Source of the DNA: Myxococcales bacterium
GTDB taxonomy: Bacteria; Myxococcota_A; Polyangia; Polyangiales; Polyangiaceae
Direction: 5' to 3'
Length of the DNA stretch: 64,000 nucleotides
NCBI GenBank assembly: GCA_043747615.1
Contig: JAYTOU010000053.1
Span: 1 to 64,000, forward strand
A model generated the notes under the pieces. That model was not told the DNA's origin, did no database searches, and worked only from the letters and a program-made list of their open reading frames with translations. Below are positions 54,401-63,528 of this stretch, in pieces. The translations under genes and the position numbers were made by a program. The stretch's first letter is position 1. Every line of letters begins with the position of its first letter.

Positions 54401-55924
54401 CCGCTGAACCTCAGCCCCGATCAGCCGACGCCCGTGACGATTGCTCTCGGCGAAGGCGGCGCCTCGTGGGCGGTGCTCACCCGGATCGTGTTCGATCGGG
54501 AGATGCAGGACGCGACCTCCGTTCGTGGCGTCGGGTGGATCCTCGAGCCGCCTCACGTCGACTACCGCCTCCTCGTTCGCGCAGGAGAATCCGTTGGCGT
54601 GAACTACGCGTCGAGCTCTCTCGTGCGGATCGACGCCCGGGAAGAGCCTGGCTCGCATGCCCGCGTGATGGTCACGTACGACGGCAAGGAGGAGAGCCTC
54701 TCTACAGACGGCGAGCCGATCGTCGTAGCTCTCCCGAAGGCCGGCCCGCTCCGCATCAAGGTCGTCGGGGGAGCAGCCACCTTGGCGATCGCCGAACGCG
54801 TGCCGAAGACCGAGCCTCTCGGCGAAATCGTCGACGACGCTCCGGTCGAATCAGAGACGGCTGATTCAGCCGACGGATCCACAGCCCTCGGAAAAGGCAC
54901 GGTCGATCTCGATCTGTCTGCGAACAGCGTAGCCGGAGCGCAACGGTGGCGCGACGCGGTTGATCGCTCGCCGGGGCCGCTCACGGATTTCCAGTCGTCG
55001 TTCGGTACGTTGGCCGTCGAGACCGGAGCGCTGTACGGAAATATTCGCGACGCGATTCCCGGAGGCAAAGGATACGACGGCTACGCGTTCGGATTCGTCA
55101 GTTACCGCCGGCGCATCGAAGCAATCGATCTATGGACGGACTTTCAGGCGAGCGGGCGCATCCGCGACGGCGGGCCGAGCACGTACAACTTCGGCGCCTC
55201 CTTCTACGAGGACGCAGAAAAGTTCCACCTCCGCTTCACCGGCGGCGTCGACTTCTTCAGCCAGCGCGTCGGCGACGAGCAAGTGCGCACGTTCCGCCCT
55301 CACGGGTTCGCCGAGTACAGCTGGCGAGTCACGCGAAGCTTCTTCGTCCTTCCCCGCGTCGGGTACGACGGGTTCTACAACTCCCGCCCGAGCGGCAGGA
55401 CGTACTCTCTCGACAAAGTCGACGACGACGTCGTCAACTCGTACCGCGAACGGCGTTCGACCGCGGGCTATGGCCAGCTCCTCTTCTGGTACACGCCGTA
55501 CTTCAACGACATCTTTTACCTTCGCGCGCGCACCTCCTTCGATCCCACGGATCCGGCCTTGATGCATACGGCTCTCCGTCCAGGCTTCTTTCTCGCGTTC
55601 GGTCAGCTCGACGTGAACGGCTACATCAACGGGACACGTTACGAAGCCACCGAGACGTTCGCGAAAGCGACGGCGTACGAGGGCAGCGGCGGGCTCAAGG
55701 TCCTCTACAACTTCTGGGAAAAAATGGGCTCGCTCAACGTGCAGCCTGGTGTGGGAACCGTATACCGCGTGAACGACAATGCATGGCAGGCCACCCTCTT
55801 CGTGAACGTGCTCCTCAGTTACCGCCGCGGCCTCCGCGACTATTCGTCGCTCGATCTCGATTTTCCGGAGCAACTCGGCGGCGGCATCCCCTGGCGCGGA
55901 GCGACGCCCGGTCAATACAGATGA
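51416..55924 (+). CDS. 1502-aa lipoprotein with TPR-like segment and probable C-terminal outer-membrane beta-barrel
   Basis: Lipobox VVGC; SYLARALMLARSG...ALEDA helix pair; last ~300 aa show alternating aromatic/polar strands. Confidence 0.7.
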   Translation: MSGGRFLHRLFAANVIVGLALFVVGCGPRVPAKGPVPDAQSSFAAWTPAEVESATSTLGLALDLIDVRGGQLVRIVTDRPIDVGERVRTGGVSAETWWKASPKDGVVVLRTSLFATALIAPQRTFADVQLGRGSDPGVYWFDLEARVLDWAGGPLPAPFPHVAQPDRIDLEFFQALDHALQDDVAHAKNHEAASELARSIRRVAGLRAIRALRPASGFPYFFNYDVDGRGGAVVQDGTHSGYQISPDHPVELTVEGPQLLYVWTKAQKQEAEETLDLRVMEGKKERASSLATVARATTTTTSAEAAPGSTYNAGATLLPLRRALIHVPPGAHTYQMKIAGGPAVVFPITAKPVLHLGDAFAGTASETSQLERAKSACGNASGICAMAMALRGEDREASWTTAIAATGQISRAVAEDISAGAPQDPTLRIERAASRGDSASLTKLSAMAGHTVDEAVRHAWVRALEKGTEWGVADAETGDGTWAALFLEHKTELPICRKVMESTWPEVTDQEANYKAGHWHGVPTVEFVATGPCDGLGAVELSVDGDNLNANPGGALVHWHVRVAGDVARVSRKDRGATHVYAIPVELAACGATWESVRAPHIASTSPKLTFGESSHGPGLEIWLQADSVHGEVVVTPLRADAGESFRIVVDSPKDTGAKESLAAIDDKGVRWLRVARVALPAWAAVGVQIGGPTDVAVRAMTRKARTPTAGAERATTLLPEPADEAAFVKITRELLALPRRERGPSYLARALMLARSGARRGALEDAQTAAILGARGPNAEDAVALVRTQLRPRATAQSLPQGMHAYAVESDFEPGARRCEAGNGPRARVAATVAEMAAFTKAHEKDKDHPYDAALAMRVNEAVSASPLDPRAAALVTRSAAGSRWKLRREVIGNAQRVPRERVTRHEGPIENGAELRPRVLTGAPFEDGTYAILSQTRPAKAILAKTVAKSQLQIACVRRTETLETSARCPIFVTVGTNPPVNPEIGPDGRVNFPLNLSPDQPTPVTIALGEGGASWAVLTRIVFDREMQDATSVRGVGWILEPPHVDYRLLVRAGESVGVNYASSSLVRIDAREEPGSHARVMVTYDGKEESLSTDGEPIVVALPKAGPLRIKVVGGAATLAIAERVPKTEPLGEIVDDAPVESETADSADGSTALGKGTVDLDLSANSVAGAQRWRDAVDRSPGPLTDFQSSFGTLAVETGALYGNIRDAIPGGKGYDGYAFGFVSYRRRIEAIDLWTDFQASGRIRDGGPSTYNFGASFYEDAEKFHLRFTGGVDFFSQRVGDEQVRTFRPHGFAEYSWRVTRSFFVLPRVGYDGFYNSRPSGRTYSLDKVDDDVVNSYRERRSTAGYGQLLFWYTPYFNDIFYLRARTSFDPTDPALMHTALRPGFFLAFGQLDVNGYINGTRYEATETFAKATAYEGSGGLKVLYNFWEKMGSLNVQPGVGTVYRVNDNAWQATLFVNVLLSYRRGLRDYSSLDLDFPEQLGGGIPWRGATPGQYR

Positions 55925-58900
55925 TGGGCGCGAGCGGCCTTCCAAAGATCGATTCACTTCGAGAGCGGCTCGCCGCTCCTGAGCTCGCGCAGGCGCGGGC
56001 GTTGCTCGTGCAAGGTGGCGTTCTCGCGCTCCTCGATCATGCATTCGCCTCGCTCGGCGAAATCGCCGCCTCGCGCGCCCGGTTCGAAGAGCTGTCACGC
56101 GTGATCGAAGGGCGCCCTCCGATGGAGCGTCGGCAGGTGATCGAAGGTTATCTGCGGGCCACGGCGGGATCCCCACCTGCGCTCAAGGAAGACCTGCAGG
56201 CGCTCCACGGACCAGACGGGCTCCTCGATCCCGCAGCGCTCGGCGAGCGGACGGAGCGGATGGCCGATCAGCTCGAGCGTGTGATCGAGATGAACCTTGC
56301 CCTGATGAACGTCGCCCTCTCGCCGACCGACATGGTGGGAGTGAACGTGAAGCTCTTGATGCCGCTCGCCAAGACCTCGGGCCGCTGGTCGCGCCGGGTC
56401 GAAGCGCTCGGTCTGATTGGCCAGCTCTCGCGCGCCGACATCAACCCGGCGAACCGCACGTCGATGGCCGTGCTCACCCGCCAGCTCGCTGCCCGCACCG
56501 AGCATCGCTGGGTGCAGCCGGCAGCGCTCGACGCCTTCGCCGCCGCCAACGTCGACGCCGCCCACGAGATGGCGCGCGAGCGCTTGACCAAGCCCGATGG
56601 GGGCGACGACTTTCTGGTGCGCGCACGCATCGTGGACCTCATCCCGCGGTACCGAAACGTTGGCTGGTCCGACCTTCTGCCGCTCGCCTGGGCAGATCCA
56701 AGTGATCTCGTGCGGCTCACCGCCGCCAACATCGAACGCGAGGTGCCAGCGCTCGAGACGGCGGCCTGCCGAGACTCGAGTCACAAAGTGCGCGCGGCGG
56801 CGCTCATTGCGTTTGCCAAGCGAGCGGACGATCAAGCGGCACCGGCGATGGCGTATGCCCTCGCGAACGACACGAACGATTTCGTCGTGCAGACGGCAGC
56901 CGAAGAGCTCGTCGCGCTGGTCCGGCGGGGAAAAGCTCCCTCGCTCGAAGTGCAATCGGCGCTCCAGCACGCTGCGGAGCGCGTCGATCTGGGACCGGCA
57001 GTTCGTACGGGGTGTGCCGACGCGCTCGCCGAGATCGACGTCCTGTCGAACGCCATCAAACGCTCGGTCTACGACGCGCTCGTCCCCATCGTAGACAACA
57101 CGCCAGTGGGCGGCTCGACGCGCATCCTCAGCAAAGTTTTTTCGGTCATGGACGACGAGAGCCTCGGTCGCGTCCTCACCGTCATCGCGCGCGCCGACTA
57201 CGCGCTGTCGATCGATCGCATTCCCGAGGGGATCATCCTCTACCGCGGTGAGCCGCGAAAATTCGCGTTCTGGCGCTTCCTCTTCGAGCTTCGCAACCCG
57301 ACACCGAGCAAGCGTCAGGCCTTCGTACATACGTGGGGGCGGAAGCCGCGAGGGTCACTTCGCGCGCCGCCGGGGGGCCTCGCCGAGCTCACCGCGACTC
57401 AGGTTCCGGGTGAGCGCGTGCTCGTCGAGCGTTCGGGCGGTTGGGGGCGTCACCTCCCCCTCGTCGATGATCTCCTGGCGACAGGGGTCTTCACTCCGAA
57501 GCCGGTAGCCATCTCCAGCGCGTTCGGGATCACCCGATTGCAACCGCCGGCTAGTCTCGCCGAGCGTGCGCACGCCTGGCTCACGCTCAGCTTTCGCTAC
57601 GCGGCACTCGCCGATCTTCGCCGGCGCGCGCTCGACTCAGACGAGCCTGCGACGCAGCTCGCGTACGTGAACGAGGTGACGCGCGCGACAGGAATTTTGT
57701 TGAGCTATGCGCCGCACCGCTTCGGCGGCGTCTCCGGAGGACTCGAGCTCTCGGCTCCAACGGGCCTTTCGTACGTGGTCCCTCCGCGAAACGTCGAGAT
57801 GCCCGAGCGGCACATGACGCCACCCCCTCCGCCTGGTCCACATTCATTCACATTCATGGCGCCGGGCCCTCTCAGCATGATCACCGATCGCTTTCCGGAG
57901 CTCGGAGAAACGTGGCACAGCCTCACCTCGTACGCGGCATCGTCGCAAGGCAATCGCCTTCCTGAGCTCGCGGCTTACGTGCTCGTCGTTCTCGGCGCGA
58001 TGATGGCGCGGGCCATCGTGATCCGCCGTGCGATCGAGCATGACAGACGAGCGATCCCGCTAGTGATCGGGGGCTGGGGCACTCGCGGAAAATCGGGGAC
58101 GGAGCGGCTGAAAGCAGGTCTTTTCCAGGGTCTCGGCCACGAGACACTTGTGAAGACGACGGGCTGCGAGGCCATGTTCATTCACTCGATTCCGGGCATG
58201 CCGGCGCGCGAAGTTTTCATCTACCGCCCTTACGACAAAGCCACGGTCTGGGAGCAGCGCGACGTGCTCAGCCTCGGAAGGCGCTTCGGCGCGCGCGTGT
58301 TTCTGTACGAATGCATGGCGCTCCAGCCCGATCTCGTGAACCTGATCCAAGCGCAGTGGATGCGCGACGACATGTCCACGCTAACGAACGCGTATCCCGA
58401 CCACGAGGACGTTCAGGGTCCGGCGGGGTTCGACGTGGCCACGACCATCAGCGAGTTCATTCCGACGAAAGGCATGCTCTTCACCTCTGAAGATCAGATG
58501 CTACCGATCCTCGCGGGTGCAGCGAAGGAGCGCGGAACCACCATGCGCTCGGTTCCCCAGCGCGAAGCCGAGCTCATCTCCGATGACCTACTCAAGCGCT
58601 TCCCTTACCAGGAGCACCCGCGCAACATCGCACTGGTCACCTCGATGGCTCGTGCCCTAGGAATTGCGCCCTTGTTGGCGATCGTCGAGATGGCCGACAA
58701 CGTGGTCCCCGACCTCGGCGTCCTCAAGACGTACCCCACCGTTCCCTGGCTTGGTCGCCAGCTGACCTTCAGCAACGGGATGAGCGCCAACGAGCGGACC
58801 GGAGCGCTCGCCAACTGGCGGCGAACGGGCTTCGACAAGCTCGAGCCCGATTCGGATCCCAAACGCTGGGTGATCACGGTCGTCAACAACCGCGGCGATC

Positions 58901-60033
58901 GCATTGCGCGGAGCGAGGTCTTCGCGCGCTTTCTCGTGGAGGACATCGCCGCCCACCGCCACATCCTCATTGGGTCAAACGTCGGCGGACTGGTGGGCTT
59001 CATTCGGACCGCGCTCGATCGTCATCTCCTCGCGTCGTCGCCTACGCACAACCTCGCGGGGTCACCGGCCGAGGCCATGCAAACCGCGCGGAGCCGGATC
59101 GACCGCGCGTTCGCGAAGCTGAAGATCGGCAAGACCACCACGGCAAGCGTGCTCGCCGAGTGCGCGGCGCTCGGATTTCCGCAGCTCGATCCCGCGCTCG
59201 TGGAAAGGCTGCTCGCGCCTTCCGCGCCGACGGAGCCTTACGAGGCGGGACGTCGCGCGGTCGAAAGTGCGTTTGCCAACTTCGAAGATGCCGAGCGTCG
59301 TCCCTACGTCGTCGCGATGATCGCCCGCCGGCGCGCCGTTATCGCGATCCATCAGCTCGTGACCCAGGCACTCGCGAGCGATCCGAAGTCCATCGATCGC
59401 GCCTTCGGGGCTACGTACCGCGCGCTCTTCGACGAGGGCGTCATCCCCCTCGTCGACTACTCGCTGACCGGCGATCAGATCATCGACATCATCGCCAAGC
59501 GGACACCTCCGGGAGCGAACGTGTCGATCATGGGCGTCCAGAACATCAAGGGGACGGGGCTCGATTTCGTGTACCGGTGGGTGGGCACGGACATGGTGGC
59601 GAAATCGCTGAATGGCCTAAAATCGCCGACGAAGGAGCAGCGTGAGCGCGCTCTCCGTGAGCTCCTCGTCCACGACGACTACGGCCTGGTCGATGCGTCG
59701 CTCGCGCTCGGCACCGTCGAGGAAGCACGAGATCGCGACACTGAGCGGGCGACGCTTCCCTACGACGCCGTGGTGGCTCGGCTGCGTGATGTCGTGGCGA
59801 CGCGGACCAAGAAGCTTACCGCCAAAGGAAAAGCGAGCGTTACCGCGCGGGTGCGAAAGTTGTTCGGAGAGACGTTCGACTACCTCGATTCCGTGCGGCG
59901 CCAACGAATGGCGCGCGACGTGGTGACCGCGCTCGTGGCAGGGCGGATGTCGCACGCAATGGCGGCGGTGCGCATGCGCGAGATCGTCGCCCGGGCAAAA
60001 GGTCAGTGGATGGTCGCCGCGCAATCCGGCTGA
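55921..60033 (+). CDS. PgsB/CapB-like Mur-type amide ligase fused to a HEAT-like helical N-terminal region
   Basis: GWGTRGKS (58078), VKTTG, YECMALQP, TNAYPDHEDVQGP, SANE and VVNNRGDRIARS. ATG 55921 is the likely start, not 55132. Confidence 0.88.
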   Translation: MMGASGLPKIDSLRERLAAPELAQARALLVQGGVLALLDHAFASLGEIAASRARFEELSRVIEGRPPMERRQVIEGYLRATAGSPPALKEDLQALHGPDGLLDPAALGERTERMADQLERVIEMNLALMNVALSPTDMVGVNVKLLMPLAKTSGRWSRRVEALGLIGQLSRADINPANRTSMAVLTRQLAARTEHRWVQPAALDAFAAANVDAAHEMARERLTKPDGGDDFLVRARIVDLIPRYRNVGWSDLLPLAWADPSDLVRLTAANIEREVPALETAACRDSSHKVRAAALIAFAKRADDQAAPAMAYALANDTNDFVVQTAAEELVALVRRGKAPSLEVQSALQHAAERVDLGPAVRTGCADALAEIDVLSNAIKRSVYDALVPIVDNTPVGGSTRILSKVFSVMDDESLGRVLTVIARADYALSIDRIPEGIILYRGEPRKFAFWRFLFELRNPTPSKRQAFVHTWGRKPRGSLRAPPGGLAELTATQVPGERVLVERSGGWGRHLPLVDDLLATGVFTPKPVAISSAFGITRLQPPASLAERAHAWLTLSFRYAALADLRRRALDSDEPATQLAYVNEVTRATGILLSYAPHRFGGVSGGLELSAPTGLSYVVPPRNVEMPERHMTPPPPPGPHSFTFMAPGPLSMITDRFPELGETWHSLTSYAASSQGNRLPELAAYVLVVLGAMMARAIVIRRAIEHDRRAIPLVIGGWGTRGKSGTERLKAGLFQGLGHETLVKTTGCEAMFIHSIPGMPAREVFIYRPYDKATVWEQRDVLSLGRRFGARVFLYECMALQPDLVNLIQAQWMRDDMSTLTNAYPDHEDVQGPAGFDVATTISEFIPTKGMLFTSEDQMLPILAGAAKERGTTMRSVPQREAELISDDLLKRFPYQEHPRNIALVTSMARALGIAPLLAIVEMADNVVPDLGVLKTYPTVPWLGRQLTFSNGMSANERTGALANWRRTGFDKLEPDSDPKRWVITVVNNRGDRIARSEVFARFLVEDIAAHRHILIGSNVGGLVGFIRTALDRHLLASSPTHNLAGSPAEAMQTARSRIDRAFAKLKIGKTTTASVLAECAALGFPQLDPALVERLLAPSAPTEPYEAGRRAVESAFANFEDAERRPYVVAMIARRRAVIAIHQLVTQALASDPKSIDRAFGATYRALFDEGVIPLVDYSLTGDQIIDIIAKRTPPGANVSIMGVQNIKGTGLDFVYRWVGTDMVAKSLNGLKSPTKEQRERALRELLVHDDYGLVDASLALGTVEEARDRDTERATLPYDAVVARLRDVVATRTKKLTAKGKASVTARVRKLFGETFDYLDSVRRQRMARDVVTALVAGRMSHAMAAVRMREIVARAKGQWMVAAQSG

Positions 60034-60063
60034 TCTCGCCCCCTCGCGGTGCGGAGCGCCTGC

Positions 60064-60864
60064 TTACGGCGAGACGAAATCGGAAGCTTGGCGGGGTGCG
60101 ACTTCGCCGTTCAAAAGCGGCGTGGCAATGCCGGTGATCGAGACGAACTTCTGGTTGGGGGCGGGGTACTTTCCTCCCATTTCGAAATTCGGACCGTAGA
60201 TCCCCGAGAAAAAGGCTCCGGAACCGCTGAAGGTTCCGAACGCAGTGGGCGTCCCAACCCCGAACGGAGCGGGCGGCTGAATGGTCACCACCATCGATTC
60301 GAAGTCTTTGTAGCTCGGGCTCCCTTTCGCGGCCTGGAACGGGTCTTGGAGCACCTGCGGTTTGATGATTCCATTAGCGCCCGTCTTCGTGATGCCCTTC
60401 ACGACGACCGCGTGCTCGGTGATGAGCGATGCGCCCGCGTCGTCCGTCGGCGTCACGACGCTTGCTGTGCCGTTGACGCTGTAGACGTCGCCGAGCGTCA
60501 CCACTGCGTCGAGGGGCGTTCCGCTATTCGGGATGTCGGGACACGTACAATTGCCGCCTTGGCAGAACATACCGAAGGCATGGAGCATGATTCCTGAGGG
60601 CGCGGGGCCCACGGGATCCTGCGCGAACGCGCGGTACCTGCACTTCATCGAGCCGGTCTTCTCGACGCCCGCAGAGATCGCGACCCCGGTGATCACGAGA
60701 CCGACCAGGGTAACCGGCGCCCCCTGGGCCAACGTGCCGACGTCGATGTCGTGCACGGACCCCATTGCTTGTGCGTCTGCGCCAGGGTCCTTGGACGGTG
60801 TCGCTGCCGTGCACGCCGTGACGAGCATTGCGACGAAAAGTGAAGAAGCGGATCGCTGCAGCAT
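60064..60864 (-). CDS. hypothetical lipoprotein
   Basis: Lipobox VTAC; CQGGNCTCP; ends PRQASDF. Confidence 0.75.
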   Translation of the reverse strand: MLQRSASSLFVAMLVTACTAATPSKDPGADAQAMGSVHDIDVGTLAQGAPVTLVGLVITGVAISAGVEKTGSMKCRYRAFAQDPVGPAPSGIMLHAFGMFCQGGNCTCPDIPNSGTPLDAVVTLGDVYSVNGTASVVTPTDDAGASLITEHAVVVKGITKTGANGIIKPQVLQDPFQAAKGSPSYKDFESMVVTIQPPAPFGVGTPTAFGTFSGSGAFFSGIYGPNFEMGGKYPAPNQKFVSITGIATPLLNGEVAPRQASDFVSP

Positions 60865-60886
60865 TCAGCTACGACTACCACGAACC

Positions 60887-61939
60887 CTAGAGAAGGACGT
60901 CGATCACGTCGCCGTCGCCCCACATGTAGTGCCATGCGGCGGGGCGCGTGAGGCTGGCATGCTTCGGGTGATCGACCGGAAGCTGTACCTGAAATGGTTT
61001 CACTTCTCGCGGTACGAATCCAGATGCGAGAAGGCAAAGCTCCTTCCACCGGGAGGGCACATGAATCTGAATGCTCACCGTTGCGTCCCGTTTGCACGAG
61101 TGAAGAAGCGCCCGTAGCACCCGTCCGAACGACGCCGACGGGCAGGTGATGTCTACCACCGCCACATGCCCGTTCAGACGCTCCAGTGCCGCGCAGCCGA
61201 TCGGCCGACCGTTGTCGGTGACGATGACGCCGCGCTGAGGACAAGCGATCCTGAAACGCCACGCGTACTGGGCCGCATCGTTGATCGGCACCACGTCATG
61301 GGCGACGGCAGGGTCCATCGCAGCGGCGCGCCAAACCTCATCGACACGCGGGTCGGGCGCCTCCCCGAGGAGCTCCACGTGAAGGCGTGAGGAACGCGGG
61401 CCGAGGATCGAGTCGAGCGCGTCTGTCAGAAAGCCGGGGAGCACGCGACGGACCGAACCGCGCGTCTTCAAGGGACGCACGAAGCGCCTCACTCCACCGA
61501 TGATGAGCGCGCCGGACTGCAGGAGCGCACGAAGGTTGTTCGGTTCCGGGGGTCCGAACATGAACGACAGACCGTCGTTCATCTCGGCGTGCGCTCTCTG
61601 ATGAAGCAAGGTCACGATCCCTCGTCGCCGAAATGCGGGGGTCACGTAGCCGTCGCCGCCGATGGCACCGATGGCTCGCACTCCGTCTACTTGCACCACG
61701 CGCGGAAAGAGCGACGTGATGCCCACCGCCGCCCCTGTGTTCTTTGCACGGGCAACGTAGGTACGCGCGGCACCGGAAGGGTTCTTTAGGTACAGCCAAT
61801 CGTAGCGGACGTCGGCGTCGGGGTTTCCCGGCGTGGACGCAAAGTACTCGCGCAAGAGCGCCAGCGCCTGAGCCCGATCTTCCAGGTTGGCGTGGTCGAG
61901 CCTGCGAATCTCATAGGCGTCTGCCGGTCGTTCGCTCAT
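60887..61939 (-). CDS. GNAT-family acyltransferase (tandem GNAT-like)
   Basis: YDWLYLKNP; DGYVTPAFRRRGI acetyl-CoA-binding motif; C-terminal WHYMWGDGD. Confidence 0.85.
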   Translation of the reverse strand: MSERPADAYEIRRLDHANLEDRAQALALLREYFASTPGNPDADVRYDWLYLKNPSGAARTYVARAKNTGAAVGITSLFPRVVQVDGVRAIGAIGGDGYVTPAFRRRGIVTLLHQRAHAEMNDGLSFMFGPPEPNNLRALLQSGALIIGGVRRFVRPLKTRGSVRRVLPGFLTDALDSILGPRSSRLHVELLGEAPDPRVDEVWRAAAMDPAVAHDVVPINDAAQYAWRFRIACPQRGVIVTDNGRPIGCAALERLNGHVAVVDITCPSASFGRVLRALLHSCKRDATVSIQIHVPSRWKELCLLASGFVPREVKPFQVQLPVDHPKHASLTRPAAWHYMWGDGDVIDVLL

Positions 61940-63528
61940 GCCACCCGCGAGCGCTGGGCTGCACTCGAGATCCGAACGGCGGCCAAGCGCGCGATCGCCA
62001 TGATCGTGTGCTGCGGATTCACGCCGAGGTTCGTGGGGAAGATGCTCGAGTCGATCACGTAAAGATTCTTAGCTACATGTGTCGAAAAATCGAGGCCGAC
62101 GACGCTGCTTCGCTTTTCCGGACCCATGCGCGCGGCTCCGAAAAGATGCGAGGCGATGAGCGAGTAGGCGCGCGGATCGAGTGAGGCTTCGCGAATGTGC
62201 TTCACGTCGTCGATGGATGTGAGAACGCTCGGGACACCGTAAATTCCAGGCCAGACCTCGCGTGCGCCGGCGTGGAAGAACATCTCCGCTAGGAGCGCGG
62301 AGCCGAAGCGGATGTTGCTCACGTCGTTCTCGGTCAGCGTCATCTTGACGAGATCGTCCCCGCCCCAGCCCGGCGCTACCGTGCCCTCCGCCTCTGCGCG
62401 GATCTGGACGGCCCAGGCAGCGACCTTCCGGTATTGCGCGAGGCGCTCGATGAGCTCCCGACCAACGCCGGGGATGCGCGCAGCAGCGAGCTCCGGAGGC
62501 ATGGAGATCGTTTCCAGCTTGAAGCGCTTCGATGTTCGGAAGTGCGTGCTCTCGGCGCCCTGCGTCGCGCCGAAGTCCATCGCGATCTCTTTGTCGAACA
62601 GAGCGGTGAGGCCAAGCGCCGGATGAGCCTGGAAATGCTTTCCGACCGCGCCGCCGCGGATGCCGCTTCGATGGAGAATGTTGGGCGTTTGGATGGTGCT
62701 CGCCGCGACGAAGACCCCGTGCTTCGCTGAGACTCGGACGACGTGGTTCGACTTTCGACCGAACCCCAGGGCTGGCCGAGCGAGGACGCCGACCGCGCGC
62801 CCGTTTTTAATGTCGATTTTTTCGACGCGGCACGAAGTAAAAATGCGCGCGCCGCGGCGAAGAGCCATGGGCACGTAGGTCACGCTCATGCCTTGTTTCG
62901 CTGCGTGCGGGCACCCGGTAAGGCAGCGCCCCGAGCCCTGGCAGCCCTTCTCGTAGCGGCGCATGGCGTGACCCGCTATCCCCCGGTTGCCCGCCTCGGT
63001 GATGAAATCGCGGTTGTTCGCTCCGAGCACCGAGTCGTCGACAGCGTGGACGTTGAGGTCTTTCTCCAGAGCCTCGAAGTGCGGCTCGAGCTCGCGCGTG
63101 CTGATCGTCTCGCCGAGACCGAAGCGCGCGCTCCAGTCGTCGAGGACGTCCTCCGGCGTGCGCCAGGCAATAGCGGAATTGACGACCGTGCTCCCGCCGA
63201 CGCACCTGGCTTGAAGGAGGGGCACGAAGCTCCGCCCCTCGATGGCCTGGGTCGCGCCATTGCGCATCAGCTTCGTGAAGGCGCTGGACACGTCTTGTCC
63301 GAAGTCACGCGTCTTGACCCACGGGCCTTCTTCGACGGTCGCCACGGAAAATCCAGCTTCGGCGAGGGTGTGGGCGGCGACGGCTCCAGCAGCACCCGAG
63401 CCGACCACGACGAAATCGAATGACTCGTGAATGCTGTTGGTCAGCGCTTCGCCGTTGACGACGGAGCCTTCGGGGAGATCTTCGTCGGGGTAAACGTGAT
63501 GCTCGTGGTCATGCTGTTTTTCGTTCAT
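61936..63528 (-). CDS. GMC family oxidoreductase
   Basis: VVVGSGAAG FAD motif, CVGGSTVVN, CQGSGRCLTGC, HLFG and FPTNLGVNPQHTI. Confidence 0.93.
   Translation of the reverse strand: MNEKQHDHEHHVYPDEDLPEGSVVNGEALTNSIHESFDFVVVGSGAAGAVAAHTLAEAGFSVATVEEGPWVKTRDFGQDVSSAFTKLMRNGATQAIEGRSFVPLLQARCVGGSTVVNSAIAWRTPEDVLDDWSARFGLGETISTRELEPHFEALEKDLNVHAVDDSVLGANNRDFITEAGNRGIAGHAMRRYEKGCQGSGRCLTGCPHAAKQGMSVTYVPMALRRGARIFTSCRVEKIDIKNGRAVGVLARPALGFGRKSNHVVRVSAKHGVFVAASTIQTPNILHRSGIRGGAVGKHFQAHPALGLTALFDKEIAMDFGATQGAESTHFRTSKRFKLETISMPPELAAARIPGVGRELIERLAQYRKVAAWAVQIRAEAEGTVAPGWGGDDLVKMTLTENDVSNIRFGSALLAEMFFHAGAREVWPGIYGVPSVLTSIDDVKHIREASLDPRAYSLIASHLFGAARMGPEKRSSVVGLDFSTHVAKNLYVIDSSIFPTNLGVNPQHTIMAIARLAAVRISSAAQRSRVA

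Noticed and set aside
55132..55920. 5' extension of the 1633-aa ORF
   Set aside because: Overlaps the barrel-coding region out of frame; the ATGA overlap at 55921 gives the plausible start.
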